Shown here: in pieces, positions 60,065 through 64,000 of the stretch
How positions within the stretch are numbered: the first letter of the stretch is position 1
Layout: every line of letters starts with the position of its first letter
NCBI GenBank assembly: GCA_965215015.1
Contig: OZ244042.1
Span: 2,208,001-2,272,000, forward strand
From: Candidatus Poribacteria bacterium
GTDB lineage: Bacteria; Poribacteria; WGA-4E; PCPOR2b
Reading direction: 5' to 3'
DNA: 64,000 bases
Made by a program: the position numbers and the translations under genes
Notes under the pieces: generated by a model
What the model saw: the letters and a program-made list of their open reading frames with translations, nothing else
What the model was told of the DNA's origin: nothing
Databases searched by the model: none

Positions 60065-60756
60065 AAAATTGTCGTAAGTCTCCGTACAGAGAGTGCTCCC
60101 TTCGTTTTTTGACGTACTCCCATACCTAAAGTATTGGGATGCCTACCCGCTCCTTTCGGTGTAGAATTATGCTATCAATACGGATACCGAGTCTTTGCCC
60201 GTCTGACAACCGTTGCTGCAATGGACAACGCCCCGCCTGTTAGGCAAAACCTAATAGGCAGAGCCCGATTTATCGGAACCCCTTCGGACAGCCATATCTC
60301 CTGCAACACACTGCTGTAGCAGTATGGGAAAATCGCCAAGGTTTTCCCTGATGACCATTTTCGGCAGAAAGTATAGCCGTAGGTCAATTATACACCCAAA
60401 GGTTTTTGAAAACAAGAAAAACCAATGTGAAAGCAGAGGGGGACCCCCAAATGTAAATGAATGTTTGGGTTTTAGACCTAAAGGGTTTTTGATAACGGTG
60501 TTTTTTTGCCCTTAAAGTTTTCTAGATTCTGTTGATATTTGAGTAGCCGAGATATGAATCTCGACCTACAGGCTACCTGCCGGGATCGCACCGGACCAGA
60601 GGATCGGGCAAGATCCCGACCTACGGAGTATGTCTACTGCTGTCTAGCGATTTATGGCCTATCGTGATACGAGTTGAATGGCGTTACGACAAACTCAAGT
60701 GCGTAACTCCTAATAACATTTGAAATATTTACCCTCAAGCGTCAAGGGAACAACTA

Positions 60757-60866
60757 TAGGGTCATTTAGTTTCCCGTTTTTTGACCGATTTTGACGGGTA
60801 GGCGGAAAATTGCCCCTCGGTCGCAGGCGGGGCATCTTGCCCCGCCCGAAGAATTAAATGACCTTA
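60757..60866. mobile_element. Small MITE-like element downstream of recA
   Basis: TAGGGTCATTTAGTT ... AATTAAATGACCTTA inverted ends with an internal ggcggggca-tct-tgccccgcc hairpin. Confidence 0.55.
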
Positions 60867-60870
60867 GTGG

Positions 60871-61950
60871 CTATTGGAGATTTGTTTCGTTTTCTTCGTC
60901 GTGCTCAGCCACGGTATCAGTTTCTGATTCTGACAGCGAGGCAGGGCCAGACAGGGGTTGAATGCCGAGATTCGCACGAACCTTGGCACCGATCTCGGCA
61001 GCAATTTCAGGGTGTTCCACTAGAAAATTTTTAGCATTGCTCTTACCCTGTCCAAGCCGTTCATCGTTATAGGAAAACCAAGGACCACGTTTCTGAACAA
61101 TTCCTGCCTTTACACCCACATCCAAAATCTCGCTGATTTTACAGATGCCTCTGCCGAAGATAACGTCGAATTCAGCTTGGCGGAATGGGGGGGCGACCTT
61201 ATTTTTGGCGACCTTGACACGGATGCGGTTTCCGACTATTTCTTCTCCATTTTTCAGACGGTCTGCCCGGCGTATATCCAACCGAACCGAGGCGTGAAAT
61301 TTGAGTGCCAATCCACCGGGTGTCGTTTCTGGATTCCCAAACATGACACCAATTTTCTGTCGAATCTGGTTGATGAAAATCACACAGGTTTTGGACTTGT
61401 TTGTGACGCTGGACAGTTTACGCAAAGCTTTGGACATCAAACGTGGCAACAGTCCAACATGAGCATCCTCCATATTGCCCTCGATCTCCGCTTGAGGGGT
61501 GAGGGCCGCGACGGAATCAACAACCACAACATCAACAGCTCCACTACGGATTAAGGTCTCAACAATGCCTAACGCCTGTTCTCCGGTGTCCGGTTGGGAA
61601 ATCAGGAGGTTTTCCATGTTGACACCAATCTGTTTGGCATACAGTGGGTCTAGCGCATGTTCAACATCAACAAACGCTGCCACACCATCCTGCTTCTGTG
61701 CTTCTGCAATGATATGAAGCGCGAGCGTGGTTTTACCGCTAGCTTCATGACCAAAAATCTCAACAATTCGTCCACGGGGAACGCCGCCAACCCCCAACGC
61801 AATGTCTAATGTCAGCGAACCTGTCGGGACAACCGCAACAGGAATCACTTCATCGCTATCAAGCCGCATAATTGCGCCTTTGCCGTGCTGCCTCTCAATT
61901 TGAGAGATTGCAAGATCTATCGCTTTCTGCTTCTCCTTACTTAATTCCAT
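60871..61950 (-). CDS. recA: Recombinase RecA
   Basis: [44 protein letters not shown]. Confidence 0.99.
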   Translation of the reverse strand: MELSKEKQKAIDLAISQIERQHGKGAIMRLDSDEVIPVAVVPTGSLTLDIALGVGGVPRGRIVEIFGHEASGKTTLALHIIAEAQKQDGVAAFVDVEHALDPLYAKQIGVNMENLLISQPDTGEQALGIVETLIRSGAVDVVVVDSVAALTPQAEIEGNMEDAHVGLLPRLMSKALRKLSSVTNKSKTCVIFINQIRQKIGVMFGNPETTPGGLALKFHASVRLDIRRADRLKNGEEIVGNRIRVKVAKNKVAPPFRQAEFDVIFGRGICKISEILDVGVKAGIVQKRGPWFSYNDERLGQGKSNAKNFLVEHPEIAAEIGAKVRANLGIQPLSGPASLSESETDTVAEHDEENETNLQ

Positions 61951-61997
61951 GTTGTTAATTCTCCTTTATTATGGCTTAAAATTGCTTCAACGGGTTA

Positions 61998-62026
61998 ATT
62001 TTACCATAACATTTGTTAAAAATCAA
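61998..62026 (-). promoter_or_regulatory. recA promoter with a palindrome in the spacer (candidate SOS box)
   Basis: TTGATT-17-TAAAAT; TAAC-N4-GTTA at 62007-62018. Confidence 0.55.
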
Positions 62027-62083
62027 CAAAAAAAGCAAAGCGATGCCTGAATATGGGATTGAGATGCCGGGCGAGTGCAGTTT

Positions 62084-64000
62084 TTAGGAAGGATGCGGCT
62101 CTGGCAAATTCAAGTGATGATGCAGAAAGCGAAACGTCCCTTGACCGTTAATCTCGTGTCCACTGTTAAAGAACTCAATCTCTGTCCGATTGGAGATGCC
62201 GAGATTGGCATACAAGTGTCTGACGCTTGCGTATTCGTAAGCAACCCATTCGTCCGGGGCAACACCGTCGTGATGGCCGCGCTCGACCATAAATGGTCGG
62301 GGCGCAATCAGCCATGCCATCTCCGCGTAGTTGAAAGTGTTGCCGAGATTGAACTCGGGCATCTCATATTCGCCGGTAAACATATAGCTATAGCGAGAAT
62401 CGTAGGTCGCATTTTTGACAATCCACTCATTGAAATCTGCTGAGCAGATAGATAAGGCGTACCCGTCGAGAAGTGCAGGCACGCGCATAGCGGTCTTGCC
62501 GCCGTAGGAGAGCCCGTAGAATCCAATCCGTTCAGCGTCCACAAAAGGTTGTTCCGCAAGCCACTCAAGTGTTCGCTCGTGCTGGCGGGTAATTAGCGAA
62601 AAAAGCGACCACTTGACCGGATTCGCTTTGCGCTGGATGACGCGGAAATCGTCCTGACCGATGTAGGGGTTTTGCGGCGCGTAGATCACGAACCCTCGAT
62701 TTGCTAAATCAGCACCGTAGGCGTTATACGGGGATTCGATTGTGGGATCGACTACCTCCTGCGAGCGACCCTCCAACCCGTGCTGACAGACCACTACCGG
62801 GCGACGCTCGTTCGGCTTCATCCCCTTGGGAACTAGTAGGATGCCGTACGCAGACGTCTCCTCCCAAATGTCAAGGACAACTTCATACCCCTTAAAGCCC
62901 GGCTCATCGTGAATCAGTCGAGTCCGGGGATTGGCTGGAACACTCGCTAGTGGGCATCTGCCGATAACCTCATCCCAGAGATAATTACGATAGTCTTGAC
63001 AGGTTTCCTGCCACCGTTCAATTGACGATCGGTCTGCTTTTGACCAAAGTGCCTCACGCCGAGATGCCGCTTGACGTAGCGCATCTTGTGTAAACGCAAT
63101 CAGCTGGTGAAACTGTCGATGTTGCCGTATTTCAGGCGAAAATGCTGGGCGGGTGTCCTGTGGTAGTGTCCTCGATGGGGTAAGCGGCCGATCTTGACCG
63201 AGTGCGTTAAGGAAACTCGTCAGCGCAGCATCTGATCCGGACGAACCGACACCATCGTCCGATACCACAAGGATGAGATTCTGCCCAACCCCTAATTGCT
63301 CATACACCGCATGAGCCCGATCAAATTCTGTCCTCACAGATTCCATTGGAGGCGAAACTAATCTCCCCGGCGCAGCACCGGCACGTCCATCACGTACCGG
63401 CGGAGGCCCATCGATCTCAACACCCCGACTGGCTTCAACAATCAGGGCTCGCGGTGAGATGAGACTCGCTATTTCTGCATCGCCAAATTCTTGTAACAGT
63501 GCCCAGATATTTCGATAAATCGGTTCTTTCCAAACCTCCTCACGCCCCTGAAAATAGCCGCTGACGCCCGCTGCGTCGATTCGTGTGTCCACAGCGGTAC
63601 TGTAAAGTGCCAGCAACCCCCCTTCGCCGTAGCCGATGACTCCAATTGGCGGATGGTTTTCCTGGCGGCTCATCCAATCCACCAACGCCAAGATCTTCTG
63701 CACTTCGTAGCCGATGATGTGTCGTCCCAATTCAAACGCCATACGATAGATAAATTCACGGTGAGGTTGGTTGGTCATGCGACCGATTTTCGGATTGCCC
63801 GACCATCTATCATCTCGATCTATCAACGTAGGCACGACAACCCGGCAGCCCTGTTCAACCAAGCGGCGGGCAAACTGTGCCTCCTGCGGTATCCCGTCCG
63901 CTAACCCCACAAGCATCTCCGGCGTCCAGTCCGCATCGGGGAGGGCGATTACTTGAGCAACAGGCTCACCAGCCGGTTCTAGCAGGAGTCCTTCTCCATC
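62084..64000 (-). CDS. Tandem alpha/beta-hydrolase (dienelactone hydrolase-like), 5'-partial
   Basis: Frame is open to the window end; GYGEGG (degenerate elbow) and GLSYGG elbows; C-terminal HDGV and GHEI. Confidence 0.8.
   Translation of the reverse strand, partial: DGEGLLLEPAGEPVAQVIALPDADWTPEMLVGLADGIPQEAQFARRLVEQGCRVVVPTLIDRDDRWSGNPKIGRMTNQPHREFIYRMAFELGRHIIGYEVQKILALVDWMSRQENHPPIGVIGYGEGGLLALYSTAVDTRIDAAGVSGYFQGREEVWKEPIYRNIWALLQEFGDAEIASLISPRALIVEASRGVEIDGPPPVRDGRAGAAPGRLVSPPMESVRTEFDRAHAVYEQLGVGQNLILVVSDDGVGSSGSDAALTSFLNALGQDRPLTPSRTLPQDTRPAFSPEIRQHRQFHQLIAFTQDALRQAASRREALWSKADRSSIERWQETCQDYRNYLWDEVIGRCPLASVPANPRTRLIHDEPGFKGYEVVLDIWEETSAYGILLVPKGMKPNERRPVVVCQHGLEGRSQEVVDPTIESPYNAYGADLANRGFVIYAPQNPYIGQDDFRVIQRKANPVKWSLFSLITRQHERTLEWLAEQPFVDAERIGFYGLSYGGKTAMRVPALLDGYALSICSADFNEWIVKNATYDSRYSYMFTGEYEMPEFNLGNTFNYAEMAWLIAPRPFMVERGHHDGVAPDEWVAYEYASVRHLYANLGISNRTEIEFFNSGHEINGQGTFRFLHHHLNLPEPHPS

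Overview
Bacterial chromosomal window of roughly 50% GC. The gene content suggests Candidatus Poribacteria or a relative (inference only): PhyH-family dioxygenases, WD40-dockerin proteins ending in the ALLPNYPNPFNPETWIPY domain, and iol genes. Layout: (i) 1-18.7 kb, a mostly minus-strand block of catabolic and uncharacterised enzymes and transporters; (ii) 18.9-20.8 kb, a cryptic three-gene operon encoding a secreted 8-Cys peptide (missed by the ORF track), a membrane-anchored helical protein and a small CxxC protein; (iii) an intact IS4-like element with terminal inverted repeats and target duplication; (iv) a housekeeping block (tyrS, surE, an orphan C5 DNA methyltransferase, nadK, recN, a fused indolepyruvate oxidoreductase, aroE, zapA); (v) iolC and iolD separated by two 14-bladed WD40-dockerin secreted proteins; (vi) a Hanks kinase, eda, and a PTPS-folE-SDR cluster that looks like a full tetrahydrobiopterin pathway; (vii) a rhodanese, an orphan hydantoinase A, recA and a partial alpha/beta hydrolase. 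Intergenic DNA carries REP/REPIN/MITE-like repeats, decayed small genes and several structured leaders. I saw no tRNA, rRNA, CRISPR array, reverse transcriptase or prophage. Family assignments come from motif recognition and recall, not database searches.
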